Below, in pieces: positions 22,396 to 36,473 of a DNA stretch of 64,000 nucleotides (its first letter is position 1; the number at the start of each line of letters is the position of its first letter). The notes under the pieces are model-generated. The model was not told the DNA's origin. It did not search any database and saw only the letters and a program-made list of their open reading frames with translations. The position numbers and the translations under genes were made by a program. The stretch is from Takakia lepidozioides (Eukaryota > Plantae > Bryophyta): the NCBI GenBank assembly GCA_030704615.1, contig CM060732.1:17484001-17548000 (forward strand), in the 5' to 3' direction.

Positions 22396-24199
22396 TGCTA
22401 AGTGCTGCGCACTTAGCCTTTTCTGCCCGTGACTCTCGCTGCCCGGCCCTCGTAGCTGTTATACTTAGCCGTTATCACCACCCCGTGACCAACAGACCAA
22501 ACAAACAATCCACAGCTCACGGATGAGAAGTGAATTATAGATCAGAACTAGAAGGAAACAAGTATGGGAAAAGTAGAGAAGAAAAGAGAAGAGAAGAGAG
22601 AAGGGACCGCAAGAGAGCTACAGAGGAAACAACAAAGCCCGCAACTACGCAAGTCTAAACATCATAAAGTACTAGCTGTAGTAGCTGCTATCTACTCTCC
22701 AAAGTCTAAACGTGACTTAAGCAAATCACGAGATTTTCTATGCCTCTAATCAATTTCAGCATCCCAAGTTTCTGGCAATGGATTTCCAAATCTTGGGGAG
22801 GTCGTTGTGACAACAGTCCGAGGAGACATCGATCGCCAAAAGAAGTTGTTGCTTCCCTCTCTCCGAACATCTACGTCAAAAAGCTTTAACAAGCATAGCC
22901 CATGTCCTCCTCCCCTCAGTCAACAGATCCCTATAAACATTGAATAGGACTTAGAAGCGACGAGCTGTTTCTTCAGGGGATTGTTGTGCGAGTAGCATGA
23001 GCATCTGTTCCGTGCGCCGCTCGTAAACCTCTTGAGCTAATACCTCTTCCGGAACGAGCACCACCGGGTCAAAGTCTCATGGTAGGGTTTCTTCTTCCCA
23101 CAAGTCCTCGTACTCTTCAAAAGGACAAGGGTCATAATCTGTGTCAGCTGCAAACATAGGCGAGGTGGGACGCATAATCCGATTTAAAGGCCCAAATTGG
23201 CGCAACACCTTGGGGTGCAAAGAACTGGTGCCGTCACCAGAAGAGGAGCGGGAGAGAGACGCCATGAAAGCTGAGAGCGACGAAGGAAGAAGCCGCGAGG
23301 AAGGGTGAAACACAGCTCGAGAGGGTCGCCATCAGGATTGAAAACCTAGACATCTGTTAAACCTCCATCTCCACCACAAAATCCACCTAGGGTATAGATT
23401 CTCCTTTCCTCAATCAGTTGGCAGGTTTTGGGGATTGTAGCAGGCATGAGGGGGGCTAAGCTAGGTAGATAAAATCCAGCTGTAGAGAACATCGGGATTC
23501 CTCATTGGGACCATCCAACACTCACAGAAGCACTCTTTCAACCCTCGTGCACTCAGCACATCGTACACATGTATACACTTTCTGAACACTGTAGAATACC
23601 GCCTCTTTCATATCATCATTTCTAGGTCGCCAAGCAGCCTAAACGGTAAAAAGAAATAAATGTATTTTCAATGGTATAGCTATAGCATAGTATAGTATCG
23701 GGTCAACAGCTCTCTTCTTAACTACAAGGCTATTCCAAGATTTCATCTGTCAGGGAGAAAGTGGTGTAGCATAAATGTGAGCCATCACAACTCTTGAGTT
23801 TTGTGAGATGCCACATCATCGTCATTCCCATGTATTATGCACCAAACAATATTTAACAAAGACCCATCACGTTTTTCCCACATTATCTAAGTCATTATTC
23901 AACTTCATGAAATCCCTATCATGTTTTACAGGCTACAAAAACAAGCCTGTAGTGCAAAGAAGAAAAAGGAAAAACCTAAAATGGGATAAGAAGAAGATGT
24001 ACATGCTCAAGAAAAAGAAATACATTGTAGATGTAAATGTTGTTTTATGGGTTGCACGATTGCAGAGAGGACATGGAGGCTGGTCTTTTCTTTCTATGCT
24101 TCCTGGAAGACTCTCTCTTCTCCCTCATTCTTATTGCCTTTGCTCAATATTCAGGATGCGGAGGTTTGGTCAATCTGTCAGTCTAGGCATGCCTTAGGG

Positions 24200-25875
24200 C
24201 TCACATATTGTGGAAAATTTGGAAGTTGCTCTGTCAGTTTGTTCATGATGTGTTCACCTCAGTCATTCGAAGCAGTCCGTCTGGCAGACACCTTACAGTC
24301 TTTTGAATGCCCACTTGGCTCATCCAACCCAGAGATGGTAGGAGCGTGAGCAGCTACCCATCACTGACATCAAGCAATTGTTGTTTAATCGCAGACGTCT
24401 AACTTGGCAGCAACTTGGAGTACCCGAATAGCTCGTATTTGACGACTGCAATGGGGCTCACATCTTTCACACCCATGCACATCTGGTCAATCACAGTTGG
24501 TGAAAATACTTTGTGTAAGGCCCCTGGCTCACTATTGTTGCATGTGCATTGCAATTTTGTTCCACCCTTACCCTTGACCAACTAATGACACGTGTGGATA
24601 TCCTTCATGTCATGAATGTGGTAGACAACAGAGTAGATCGTGCTGACCTCGTTGTCTTTCCTGCCAAACATTTCAGAGAAGGGCTGACTCGGGTTGGGTG
24701 ACTAAGCTAGCTACAACAACAGCTTCACCATAATCAAACAGAGGTAAACCATTCCTGCCATGTCACAAATTGTGGTTCATACTGGGCAGACCTTCTTATG
24801 TTTAAAGGGCTACTTCCTAGAAACCCAAGGTTGGCAGAGTTGTCATTACAAAAACACTGCATGATAGCCTCTTTGGTGGTGGATCGGGGGTTCAAAGGGG
24901 AGTTGAAGTTCTTGGTTGCTAACCCTGAAAGGTTGCCTATCACTGTGAGGAAATGACATGTTTTGGCTCGAGTATCTGCCACAACCATCAATGATATCTT
25001 GGAGATACAAGAGGATTTTACATTATAGGAAATGGGTCTGGTCAACAACAAAGTTGAGGCCTTGGTCGCCTTTGCCAGGTATTCTGCACCTCCACAGCTT
25101 AATCATCCTGATAGTAATTGTGATGAAGAACGCCCTGCTGAAAATCATGCAGACCATAAAGGTAGGAGACCTAAAGGAAAAAAGTATGAAGCCTCCCGAA
25201 GGGAGCGTAACTTATGGTGTCTCTTCACCACAAGGGCTACTGCCTTCCAGCTAAAAGGTGAACACCTTCATGACACACCAAACCGTGGTTTGAACCCACA
25301 ACCACATCCAACGTGGTATGTGCCCATTACCACTTGGCTACATGTTGGTTGTCGACCTAAAGGAAGAATAGATGATCAGGCTTAAGGAAGTCATAAAAAA
25401 AAAATGCCGATGTGTTTAGCAGAGGCCCCACGGACTTTGGTAGGACCACACTTATAGAACACAACATTGAGAGTGATGGCAAGCCAATTAAGTAATATGC
25501 TTATCGTGAGAGTGCCAAAGAGAGATCCAGAATTCAAGAAGAGGTTAAGCGTATGCTGGACTTTGGTGTCATACGTCCTTCAATATCACCTTGGGCCAGC
25601 CCCATTGTTCTCACTGGCAAGAAAGATGGTAGTACTCGGTTCTGTGTTGATTTCAGGAGACTGAATGCCATAACAAAGAATGATGTGTATCCGCTGCCTT
25701 GCATCAATGGAATGTTGGACATCCTGCATGGTGCTAAGACATTTTCCAAGCTCGACCTCGCTTCTGGATTGTGGCAAGTACCCCTCACTAAGCAGTCCAA
25801 GAAAAAAACAGTCTTTGTATGTAGAATGGGGATGTTTCAATATGAATCCATGTGCCATTTGGCCTCTGTAACGTG
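24200..25875 (+). pseudogene. Degenerate Ty3/gypsy pol fragment: linker region and N-terminal reverse transcriptase
   Basis: DVFS..DFGRTTLIEHNI..MLDFGVIRPSISPWASPIVLTGKKDGSTRFCVDFRRLNAITKNDVYPLP..FSKLDLASGLWQV..MPFGLCN. The 5' boundary is approximate. Confidence 0.9.
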
Positions 25876-27437
25876 CGTCTGGTTTATCTACTCTTTTCTC
25901 TACAGTACTTTGATCTTCAAAGCCCTGATTGTTCTACTGCAGCTGCACCATTTCATGAGGTTCAGGTATTCAGGTTTGGAGAGCCCTATTGCATGACACT
26001 CCTAACTTTCTTGACTTCAACCCATGATGGAATGTGGCCTCTGAATGACAGTCATGGCGGATTCACTACATAAGGCACTACTCCATAACTGCCAACACGG
26101 TGACATGCTGGCAGGCATTTCAGACTTAACACGACAACAGGTGCTCTACAACCATCACAACCATGTGGCAGTGAGTGGCACGTTGTCCAGAGTGTTCGAG
26201 GACTTATACCCTAGCCATGTGGAGGTACCAGTGAAGAGTTCTATACCCTCTATACTTGCATTGTACGGCCACGACTATATGTCACGACGTATAGGTGGAT
26301 CCGTGGCTTTATAAAAGGAACCTCGACAGAGGGAAAGAGGCGATATTTTACAATGTTCAGAAAGTATATACACGTGTATGATGTGCTGAGTGAACGAGGG
26401 TTGAAAGAGTGCTTCTATGAGTGTTACACGGTCCCAACGAGGAATCTCGACGTCCTCTATAGTTAGATTCCATCTATCTAGCTTAGCTCCCGCTCGCGCC
26501 TGCTACAATCCCAAAACCTGGCAAGAGGCTGAGGAAAGAAGAATCTGTACCCTAGGCGGATTTCGAGCATCATGGAGTGTTATTTATCCAATGGATAAGA
26601 ATAGTGCACCCACAGGGCCTTCCACCGGGTGGAAAGTACCGAGGCCGGGAGCCTGAGTTTGAACTTTCACGTAAAGATCCTGGGAGTAAAATCATACCTA
26701 CACATTTTTACTGTGGCGCCACTCTATTGCAAGTTTATGAGTAAGTTATATATACATATATTCAACGACATCCATCCGATACTGAACATCAACATAGCAT
26801 GGATGGATGAGATAAATCCAAATTTGCACGAGTTTTGGAGCCGTTGGAAAAGAGAATATCGACGTGGCAAAAGTCGACCAATGAGCGATGTTGGAGGCCA
26901 TCGTGTCATGATATGATGGATGATGTGTGATGGGTGGCATGGACATTCAAACGTATTCCCCCCTTTTTCCAAACGTTCCAGTGGCGGTGGTTCGCTCGTG
27001 TCTGACGAGAGGGTTGAGAAACGTACGAGGGATTCGTATCTGTATATCCGTCTCTGAACCCGGCGAGTTCATCTCTTTCGTATGGAATTGTAGAGGTTAT
27101 GTAGGCGATGTTTTGATTCGTGGAAGCTCTCCTCTCTCTTGTTTGGGAATGTTTCTACTTCTGGGCTACTCACTCTTTCTCAGAAGCGCGCTATCTTTTT
27201 TCCTCTATGGAATGACTCAGTGATTCATTCGCTATCCCAAAGTTCCCTGCCTCTGTTTCTTTGTATCGGTATCCCCCACTCATAGCGATTTTGTATCCCG
27301 CCGGTTTTTGTTCCGATCACTTCCGTCCTCGTCTCTGAGGATCAAGAATTGTCATGGGTGGAAATTCCGCTCGCCCAAGACAAGTGAAGGGAAGTGTCCG
27401 CTCGCGCTAGGGTAAAACACACGAGGGAATTCTTGAG

Positions 27438-30400
27438 ATGGAGGAAGCCAAAAGAGCCGTTGTCGTGGGCCAGGCCAATTCTTCATCCTCCAGCCTGCCT
27501 ACAGATCTCCTGAAGGTATATCTACTGCATTTCGACATTGGTCACATTGGAATCCAAGGCTGTGTAGGAACTAAGCTCTTCCACTTAATCGGCTTCACAG
27601 TTACTTACTTGTAGCTTTACTACGAAGTCTTTTAACGATGCATTAACCAAACCATGGGGCTGTTTTAGGTGCTTCCTCTGATGGCCAGGTGTTATGGTCC
27701 GAATTTGGCAGGCAGCCCACGGTAGAGACTCTTGATTGCATGCACGAATTCGGCAAATTGGCGGTCTACAAATGTTCCAGAGAACGTCTTTGATTGTTAG
27801 AGGTCAAGAAACAATCAAATCCATTCTGACGCCTCTACGTCACTAACATTGGCTTTGCCATCCTATGTGTCTTCAGGTATCTGGGCTGGATTCAAACATG
27901 TTACCAGCTCCACCAATGCATATTCCGACATGCCCAGAAGAAGTGAAGACCCCTCGTTTTCATCCTGGAAATGGAGTGCCTGATAATTTTGGATCTCATC
28001 TAAAAACTGTTGAGGGTGCTTCCCTGGAGCACCTGCTGGCTCAGCTTGCTTTCAAAGAGCAACAATACCTGGAGCTCGAAAACTCCACACAGATACTACA
28101 GCAACAAGTGCAGCAGATGGCACAAGAGAACAGGACCAGTAAATCTGCACTGAAGAAGGAGAAGCAATGGCAGATCGAGAGGGGCAGGCTTCTCTCTGAA
28201 CTGGATACTGCAAATATGGCTGTGATGGAAAAGGAGGCGCGTATTCATCAGCTAGAGAGAGACCTTGGTGGGACCAGGGCAGGTGTGGATCGTGTGCAGA
28301 GTAGGTCCAAAGAGGCAGAAAGAGAGAAGGAGAGGGGTAGCTTGCAGAGAGGCCAGATGCAGGCAGAGCTTGAGGATGCTCGGTTGACTATTGAAGACCT
28401 GGAAGGAGCGAACAAGATCAAGGACGAGACTTCAGAGAAACAGCGGCGGGCGTTGAATGATCTTTCTCGAAAGTTGGAAGCACAAAAGAAGACAATTGAG
28501 GTAAGATAGGACTGCAAATAAACCATGGAAATCCGACATAGATTGAGTGTAACACAGAAAGAGTAGGAGTGCACAGAGCCGAAGGGTCTATCTTAACACA
28601 TACAGCGTAGAGAATGTCTCATGGTTTGCCTGATTAGTACACACAAATCACTGAAAGAGAACTGACGGCTATCAGACAATGAAGTTGCATTTTTTATTTT
28701 TAGAGTTCTGAGTTATCTGACGTATTTGGGGGCATGATTAATAGCTAATGAGATGATGGTGAACACTGCAGAACCACTTAGAGGAGGCCAGAAGAAGAGC
28801 GTATGAATTTGAAGAGATGGAACAAAGCTACCAGCTTGCAATGCGAAAGCTAAGCGATAAAGACAAACAACTGATGTCTCTACGAGAGGCACATGAGAAG
28901 CTTCGTGTTTCTCACGCGGGCAAGCAAACGCAAGGAGTACAAGAGAGAGAGGAAGTCATCAATGCTTTAGAGGCTACTCAGGCTAAATGCGGGGAACAAG
29001 AAGCAAAGCTCAGGGAGATGGTGCATGAGCTGGTAAGGGTAAAGGCCCAAGCGAAGCAATTGGAGGGACGGTGTGCGGTGGCTGAGGCGGAGGCAAACGT
29101 TAAATCTGCTTCATTGAAGCAGGTACAGAACCCACGTCATAAATCCTTTGCATCTTCTTAGTTACAGGTAGAAGAGGTTCTTTTATGAGAAAGCATGCGG
29201 TGTGTTGGTGCAGGTATGGATATTTCATATGCTCAAAAGTTTTAAAGGCCCTTCAGGTATTTATATATCTGTCACTAGTCTCTGCGCTTTTCTGGCCGTT
29301 TGCGCAGTCTGTGGGCATTCTAATGTTGAGAGCAATGTCTAGTCTCTGTACAGATCAGATATTAGCTTTGATTCAGCAACGGCTTTCCACTTCAAACACA
29401 CATGGTAACAACACTGTTCTTCACTAAGATCTGTCCACTTCAAAATGCCAAATTGTCTCCAGGTGCAATCAGAGCTTGACAGCTTCGCAGCTAGGGCTAT
29501 CTCTCTATCCGAAACGAAGGAACAAGCCGATGTGTTGAAGATGAGGTTGATCGGAACAGAAAACGCTCTCAAACAGGAGACCACACAGAGAGTGATTGCG
29601 GAATGTGCCTTGAAAGAGTACAAGCAAAGGGAAGAGCATTTGTTGAAGGTAGAAGAAGGTCACGACAAGCTGCAAGAGAAGGCAAAATGGCGGAATGAAC
29701 AATTTCAGTCGTTGGAGGAAGCTCACTCACAGTTACGGGAAAATTTCCAAGAGAGCAAAAATGAGTGGGAAATGGAGAGGGCAGGCATGTTGAGGGAGAT
29801 TGATTCGTTGCAAGACAGTCTGCTGTTCAAGGAGAGACTTGCCGAAGAGCTTCGCTCTCAACTGCAATTGCTTCATCAAGCACTTGCTCACGAGGAAAGT
29901 CGCCGGAAGGTGTTAGAGGTCGAGGTGGCTGAGGCGCAAGCAGGGATGGAGCATGTTGCAACTGAGTTTGAAGTAGCACAATCTGCCATTGAGAGCTTGA
30001 GGGAGAAGACGAGTACAGAAATAGGGTTCCTCAGAGACGCCGCTTCAGCAAAGGAAAGACAAATAGTGGAGATGCAAGTCAGACATGCAGAATTTGAGCA
30101 AGAGTATCAAGAACTCAAACTTATGGAGGTCGAATTTCAGAGTTTCAAAAGCAGCCACGAGGAATTAGAGCAAGCTTTAGGAATACGCAATGGACAAATT
30201 CTGGCGCTAGAGGAGGCCAAAAGGAGAAGTGTTGAGACAGCAAGGAGAAAGGAAATGGAGCGGCACGAAGAAAGGGAACGGGTACTTAGAAGTCTGAATG
30301 ACGCTCAAGCAAGCTCGGTCTCCAAGGATGTCAAAGTGAAGGAGCTTGAGATTGAGCTGGACAGGGCAGGATCTCTATGCGAGCATTTGAGAGTCTCAAA

Positions 30401-33400
30401 CGCAGAGCTTCAGCAGAAGCACTTGGAAGAGTTGAACAACGTTCTGCGTATCTTGGAGCTAGCCAACGAGAGTCTGGCAGACAGGGAACAAATTTTGAAG
30501 GAACGGGAGACTGAGGTAGATAGAGTCCGGGCACTGCTTGATGATGCACAAAACCGCCGTGCAGAGGCAGAAAGTCAGGCGACATCACTGCAAGAGCAAT
30601 TGATGCAGGCTCGCGGGGAGTCAGAAGCTGCAACTCAGGCTTTGGAAACTCTGAAAGAAAGCAGCGTGGCAGAGAGAGCCTCATTGCTGGAAGCTCTGGG
30701 CAGGCAAAATGAGAAAATCCGGGAATTGAAGGCTGCACACAGTGACAATTTGGAGCAAACACTCATGGACTCCAAGAAGCAAGAGGAGAAATACCTCCAC
30801 TTGCAATCTCAATATAGAGCCCTCCAGCAGCTGGTGGATCACCACGAATCGGACCGGAAGGAATTGGAGAAAGCCCACGAAGTGCTGATGTTGCAACTCA
30901 GGAATGAACAGAAAGCATGGCATGTTGAGAAGGAGACTTTAGCCATAAGTGTCAAGCAATTTGACGTGCAGGTGAAAGAGCAAGACAAGGAATTGAAGGA
31001 GCTACGATTTGACTTGGAGAGAAATAGGGATGTGGTACTCAAGTTAGAAGCTCGATGTGCACTTTGTGAGCAGCAAATGGCTGAGCAGTGTTTTCTCGCA
31101 GAGGAATCAAATGGAAAGTTGGCGGCTGAAAGGATGGAGGTGAAAAAATTGAAGAAGGAAGCTGCATTATTGAATGAGTCATTCACTGCTGCAGTTGCAG
31201 CCAAGGATGCCTCCTTGGAAAAGCTCAAGGAGAGGCTGCATGAGTTGGAGTTTCTGTTCAGGGGAAGTGCTGAAACTGCAAATAGTCAAACCGTGCAGGT
31301 TGCTTCTCTGGAAAAGAGATTGCAAGAGCAACGAGAATTGCAAGCCAGTATGGAGCAGCGCATGCATTTGTTGATGTCGGAATTGAATGAGAGAGCTGGA
31401 GAATTGGAAAGGTTGACCATTGGCAGAGATTCTCTTCAAGTGGAACTAGAAAATCTGCAAGAAGAATCCAAGGCAAGGAAGCGAGAGACTGAGAGACAAC
31501 TATGGACTATGGAGGACAAGCTTTCTGCCTCCTCTGCAAAGCTCAAGGAGGTAATTCATATGTCACCAACCAATCCCATTATCTCTTACAAACCACAACC
31601 TCAGAAGTCACTCTCAAGATCTTTCCTATGCAGAGAGTCACCCTGACCAATCTCGCCTTTCTGGTTACTGACATCCTGTATGCCCTTGTGGTTTCCTCCA
31701 GGTCTTTTGTGAAAACAAACAGGTGACACAACAGTTGGGAGAAACAAGTGGTGAGAAAGACTTGATTGTCAAGGAGCTAAGGGTAAAAGAAGCAGAAAAT
31801 GATGAACTAAGGAAAGAGAATAAGAGCCTGTGTGTGGAGAAGAGCACTCTCGAAGGTGCCATCAGAGCTCTGGAGGAGAGGAAGCTTGAATTAATCAGGG
31901 AAACTGAGAGCAACAAGGCTGTTATTGAGAAACTGTGTTCCAGTCTGGAGGTGGCAGAATCCAGTCTTCTTTCTAAGAGTTTGGAGATTAGCAATCTTCA
32001 TAACAAGTTGGGCTATGCGGATAACGTAAGTGCACAGCTACACATGGCTGAAGAGAAGGCTGAAGAAATGGAGGGGGTGCTGAAAGAAGCTAGAGCTAAT
32101 GTGCAAGATAAGGAGGAGAAACTAGTTGCTTCAGAGTGGGCTGTGCAACAATTGGCGAGTGAAATCTCTAAGGCAAAGAATGGCTTAATGCAAAAGGAGC
32201 GAGAGGAAGCAGTGTTGCAGGAGCAGCTCTCAGATCTAGAAAGACAACTAAGAGGTAAGGAGGGAGAGATGATTGAGATGGAGTGCTACTTGGAGAATGT
32301 GCTGAAGACGAGTGCTACAAAACAGGTGGAAGTCGACATGCTAAGCTGCAAAATGCAGGAAGTGGAAAAAGGAGCAGCTGAATGGAAGAAGAGGGAGATA
32401 GATCTAGAGACGGAATTGAATGTCCTCAAGAATGCTCTAGAGGACAAAATGGCAGCCTTGACTGAGTCTGAGTCAGCGGTAAAGAGAGCTTCTGAAGTAC
32501 ATTACAGGATGGAGGGAGCAATTGAAAGTTTGAAGCTGCAGTTAGCTGCTGAAGAGCAGGTAAACTCAAGCCGGCAGTCTGAGATGGAGCAGTTGTGCCA
32601 AGATTTAGAGAGAACAAAACAAGCAGCTAGATTGGCAGGCACACAGCTGAAAGACCTACAAGGAAGGCTTCAACAGCTGGAACAGAGCTCCAAAGACCGA
32701 ATTCAAAAGTCACAAATGGCTCAAGATGAACTTCATCATGAGCTTTCATCAGTCCGATCGAAGCTCGAAATTTCTGAAAAGAAGATGGAGAAAGCAGCTG
32801 CTGACCTTGAAAGGTATGAAGATAAGTGTGCAGACCTGTTGGATTTAATTGGGAAAAAGGATGAGGCTCTTGATGACATGGAAGCAAATCTTGCATCCGC
32901 ACATATGGAAATGGCCGAAAAAGCCAGGGATGTTGAACGAGGGACTCGGGAGCTGAACCGTGCCAGAGAGCAGATTCAAAGTCACACTGAGATATACAGA
33001 CGGCTGGATGAAACCTTAAATACAACTGAGAGTCAAATGCGAGACTTGGAACTCTGCAAACAGCAACTGGAATTTGAAGTTAGACAGCTGAAGAAGGCGC
33101 TTGATATTGCCACCAGAGAGTCTGCCTCAAAAAATCGAGAGATTGAGGGGTACAGAAGTCATATTGAACAACTGGAAGAGATATCTGTTCAGCATGGAGA
33201 GGCCCATGCTTTGATCTCTAGGCTTACTGGAGAACTGCAAGCTACTTCCAGTGCTGTACACAAGCGTGATAGCCGTTTGTCAAGGTTGCAATCTTGTTTG
33301 ATCGCGGCTCAAAGTCAGCTTCGTGCATCACAGGACATGGTAGCTATGAAAGAAACCGAGAAAGATATTCTTGCGAAGAAGCAGTCTGTAGCAGAAAGCC

Positions 33401-36173
33401 AGTTGGAACAGAGTAAGAGGCAGATGTCCCAGATGCAGCAAGCTTTGGAGGATGCAACAAATGAATTAAAGGTGGAAACTGAGAAAGTGCTGTTCCATGT
33501 TGCCGCAATGAAGGAAAAGCAGGCAGAGTTGGAAGAATGGAAAGAGAAGGCAGTCTCTGCAGCTGAGGACGGAAGCAAAATGAAGAGGGAGCTTGAATGC
33601 TCTTTGCAGAAATTACAGGATGAGTTATTAGGATGGGAGGAGAGAGCAGAGGACGGAAGAGCTTTGACCATAGAGCTCAAGCAGTCCATGCAGCTAGTCC
33701 AGTCCGAGATGATAGAATGGAAAGAGAAAGCCATTGGTGTGGCTGATGAGGGTATGAATGAGAGACAAAAGTTGGAGTGTGCATTGGAGGTTGTGCAAAC
33801 AGAGGTTGAAGTTACAAAAACCCAGTTGTTGGAATGGGAAGAAAAGGCACTATTGGCAGCTGCAGAGAATGTTTTGATGAAGGAAATCCAAATGGAGCTG
33901 GCAGAGTGGAAAGGAAAAGCTGTGACTGCCACTGAGGAGGGAAGGTCTGTGAAGGCAGAGCTTGAATGTGCAATCCAGGAATTGCAGGCGGAGGTGGTCG
34001 TGTGGAGAGAGAGAGCGCAAACTGCTGCTGAAGAAGGGATATCAGAGAAACTGGAGCTTCAAAACACTGTGAGTGCAGAGCAAGCAGAGCTTGGAGGGTG
34101 GAAAGAGACAGCTCAGAAGGGCAAGTGTTTGCAATTACAGCTTGAGTCTTCATTCAAAGAGACGCAAACAGAGCTACAGGAATGGAAAGAGAAAGCTCTG
34201 GCTGTTGCCAAGGAAATTGTGAACCTGAAGCTGGAACTAGACACTGCAATGAATTCCGTTGCTGACCTTACAGCTCAGCTGGAATTGCAGAAGGGCAGAG
34301 AATTATTCACAGAGAAACTGAACAAGCAGTTAGAAAGGGATCTACTGATTGCCAGAGAGGAGGCCCTGAAAAGGAAGGAGAAGATGCTGCACATACTTGC
34401 TCAACTGGAAAGCACACATTCCAGTCAGAAGGAACTTCAGGCACAGCTGCAAACCTGTGGTCCTCCATTTGCCGCTGTGGACAAGAGTCCTGAGAAAAAA
34501 GGAAATGGCACAGCTCTGGCACATGAGAAGGTATGTCTGTGACGTTCACATTGGCACTGGACTTTTGGAGTGCTGCTGTATGCAACAGAACTGTGCTTCC
34601 CTTTGGATTGGCAAAGATGTATTGCTGCATAAAGTGTGGAAAAGTATACAGAGTTACTTCACTGTATGGGCTTGAAAGGAACCTTGTTTCTTGAAAGCTT
34701 CAAAGTATTGTATGCTGGACTGGGTGCTACACATGCTTGTGCCAAATGCAGCTCTTCACAGTCTTGGGGGTTTTCTTACAAATGGCTGGCTATGTTGTTA
34801 TCACTATGCTGTTTTACATTTTCTGCTATGTATAAGTTTTTCCTCTATCAAATTCATTTCCATGACAAAAAATTGCAGGCTAGAAGGTCACATGCACAAA
34901 CAGGTAATGCCGAGGAGCTGCTGGTAGTCAGCCAACTTCTGGAAGATGAAGTCTGGTTGCTGAAGGCACATGCCCAAGGGTCCCAAAGTGAAGCTTGCCG
35001 TGCAGCTACAGACCTTGAAGCTGCCCTATCTAACCTCTCAGGAAAAAATCTGGTAGTGCGCCAGCTTAAGCTGGAGCTTTCACGATTGAGGTCCTCAGTG
35101 AGCAAGCTAGAGCTTGAGAAAGGTGCAACAGGTGAAGGAATCCAAGCACTGCCAGTGGCGGAAGATGGTGGTGAGCCCCCTGAAGTAGCAGGGAGAGTTG
35201 TGAGCCAGGAACAGCTTGGCCATTATCTTGAGCTCTGTGATACAATTGTCAGGTAAACATTCGCCATTCCACATTGCCTTGACTTTTGACAAAGCGAGTC
35301 TGTCAAAGACTCGAGATGTCTATGACGCTTGCTGGGCCCAAACCAGTCTCATTCCTAGCCGATCCTTCACCAACCCTGCCAAGAACAAAAATGTGTACTT
35401 TTGTGAATCGATTTTCAAGCCACCTGGATCATAGTCATTTAATCTAATGTCTATTTTCAAATTGCAGGAAAAACATTTGGCTGCAAAAGCAAGTTGATGG
35501 GCTGCAAAGGTAACTTCATTACCAATTTGTACTGTTTTCCATAGAGATTGCATTGCCCCCTTCAACCTATGGCTTTGAACTGATAATTCTCATTGTAACT
35601 CAAGCATCAAGTAGGAGTTGGTCTCTCTGCTGTGGCTGCACTTCTCTTTAATGTTGGATACCGAAGAGTACAGAGGCAGACAGAAGAAACTGAGAGAAAT
35701 GGCAGCGTGTGTCCGAGAGGCAGAGGAAACTTGTATCTTACTTGGGTAGTGCAACACATGGGTGCTGCAGGCGAAATAGAGGGCCGGAGAAACAAGTGGA
35801 AGGTCAAGTGGAAGGCTTGCAATCAACTGTGCTGTTCCAGATAAACAAGCAAGGGGATCAATCTCCCAACAGATCATTTCCCAGCCCCAAACGTGACCAG
35901 GACAACCTACGCGCAGCCAAGAAGCGAAATGTCGAGTCACCACGGCGGATAAACTCTGCCACAAGGCTCTCAATTGATGCAGGCAAGAGTCAGGTACTTG
36001 GAGAGGTGGACGAGAACTCACCCATGGCCCCCTCAACTGAAAGGTGTATGCCTCTGTACAGCCGTGGCTGTCCTCCCCTCAGCCCATCCCCTGTCCAGCT
36101 ACCCAAGAGATCGAGGCGTGGCTCCAGTGACTCCAAGACTGGTGAACTCCATCATTTGGAGTCTCCGTTATAA
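27438..36173 (+). CDS. Very long coiled-coil protein, At4g38062-like, ~2262 aa. Exons 27438-27515, 27877-28500, 28772-29122, 29463-31550, 31702-34530, 34879-35252, 35468-35509, 35771-36173
   Basis: All introns GT-AG and phase-compatible; exon lengths sum to 6789 nt (2263 codons including stop). Block KAKWRNEQFQSLEEAH..EWEMERAGMLREIDSLQ..QALAHEESRRKVLEVEV recalls the conserved core of At4g38062-like proteins (from memory). Exons 1, 7 and 8 are less certain. Confidence 0.88.
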
Positions 36174-36473
36174 ATTTGTATTGTATGTTGGACTTTGGGA
36201 GGAAGGTGCGAACTGAGTTAGGAAGGGACTTGCACTCACTCAAAAGACTCTATTTGCTTAGAGTTCTGGAAATCCCTGTCTTCCATTTCTGGGGCTCCAA
36301 CTAGAGCCCCTTGGCTACTGATTATCTGACTATTTTGTGAATGTGATGGACAGAGAGCTCTGGATTTACATGGATATGATCAGGAGTAAGTACAAAGTGC
36401 CCCTTGACTGGCCACTATTTTTACCCACATCGTTTGCCCTATGGGGACAAGATCTCTTGTATTAAATTGTTGC

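Noticed and set aside
23990-24200. LINE zf-RVT-like fragment (CFMGCTIAERTW)
   Set aside because: Single short motif with no supporting flanking domains.
26190-26430. Possible short solo LTR (TG..CA with TATAAAA); a similar LTR-like stretch lies at 20420-20795
   Set aside because: No second copy, PBS/PPT or TSD in the window to confirm the boundaries.
30331-34630. Antisense ORFs (e.g. 33315..33932, 30839..31228)
   Set aside because: Shadow frames of the E/K/Q-rich coiled-coil exons, with S/F/L-rich composition and no motifs.
35615-35651. Alternative last exon of the coiled-coil gene using the AG at 35613-35614
   Set aside because: It hits a stop after 11 codons. The acceptor at 35769-35770 gives a long in-frame exon that repeats the exon-7 motif, so it was preferred; this is not proven without RNA-seq.
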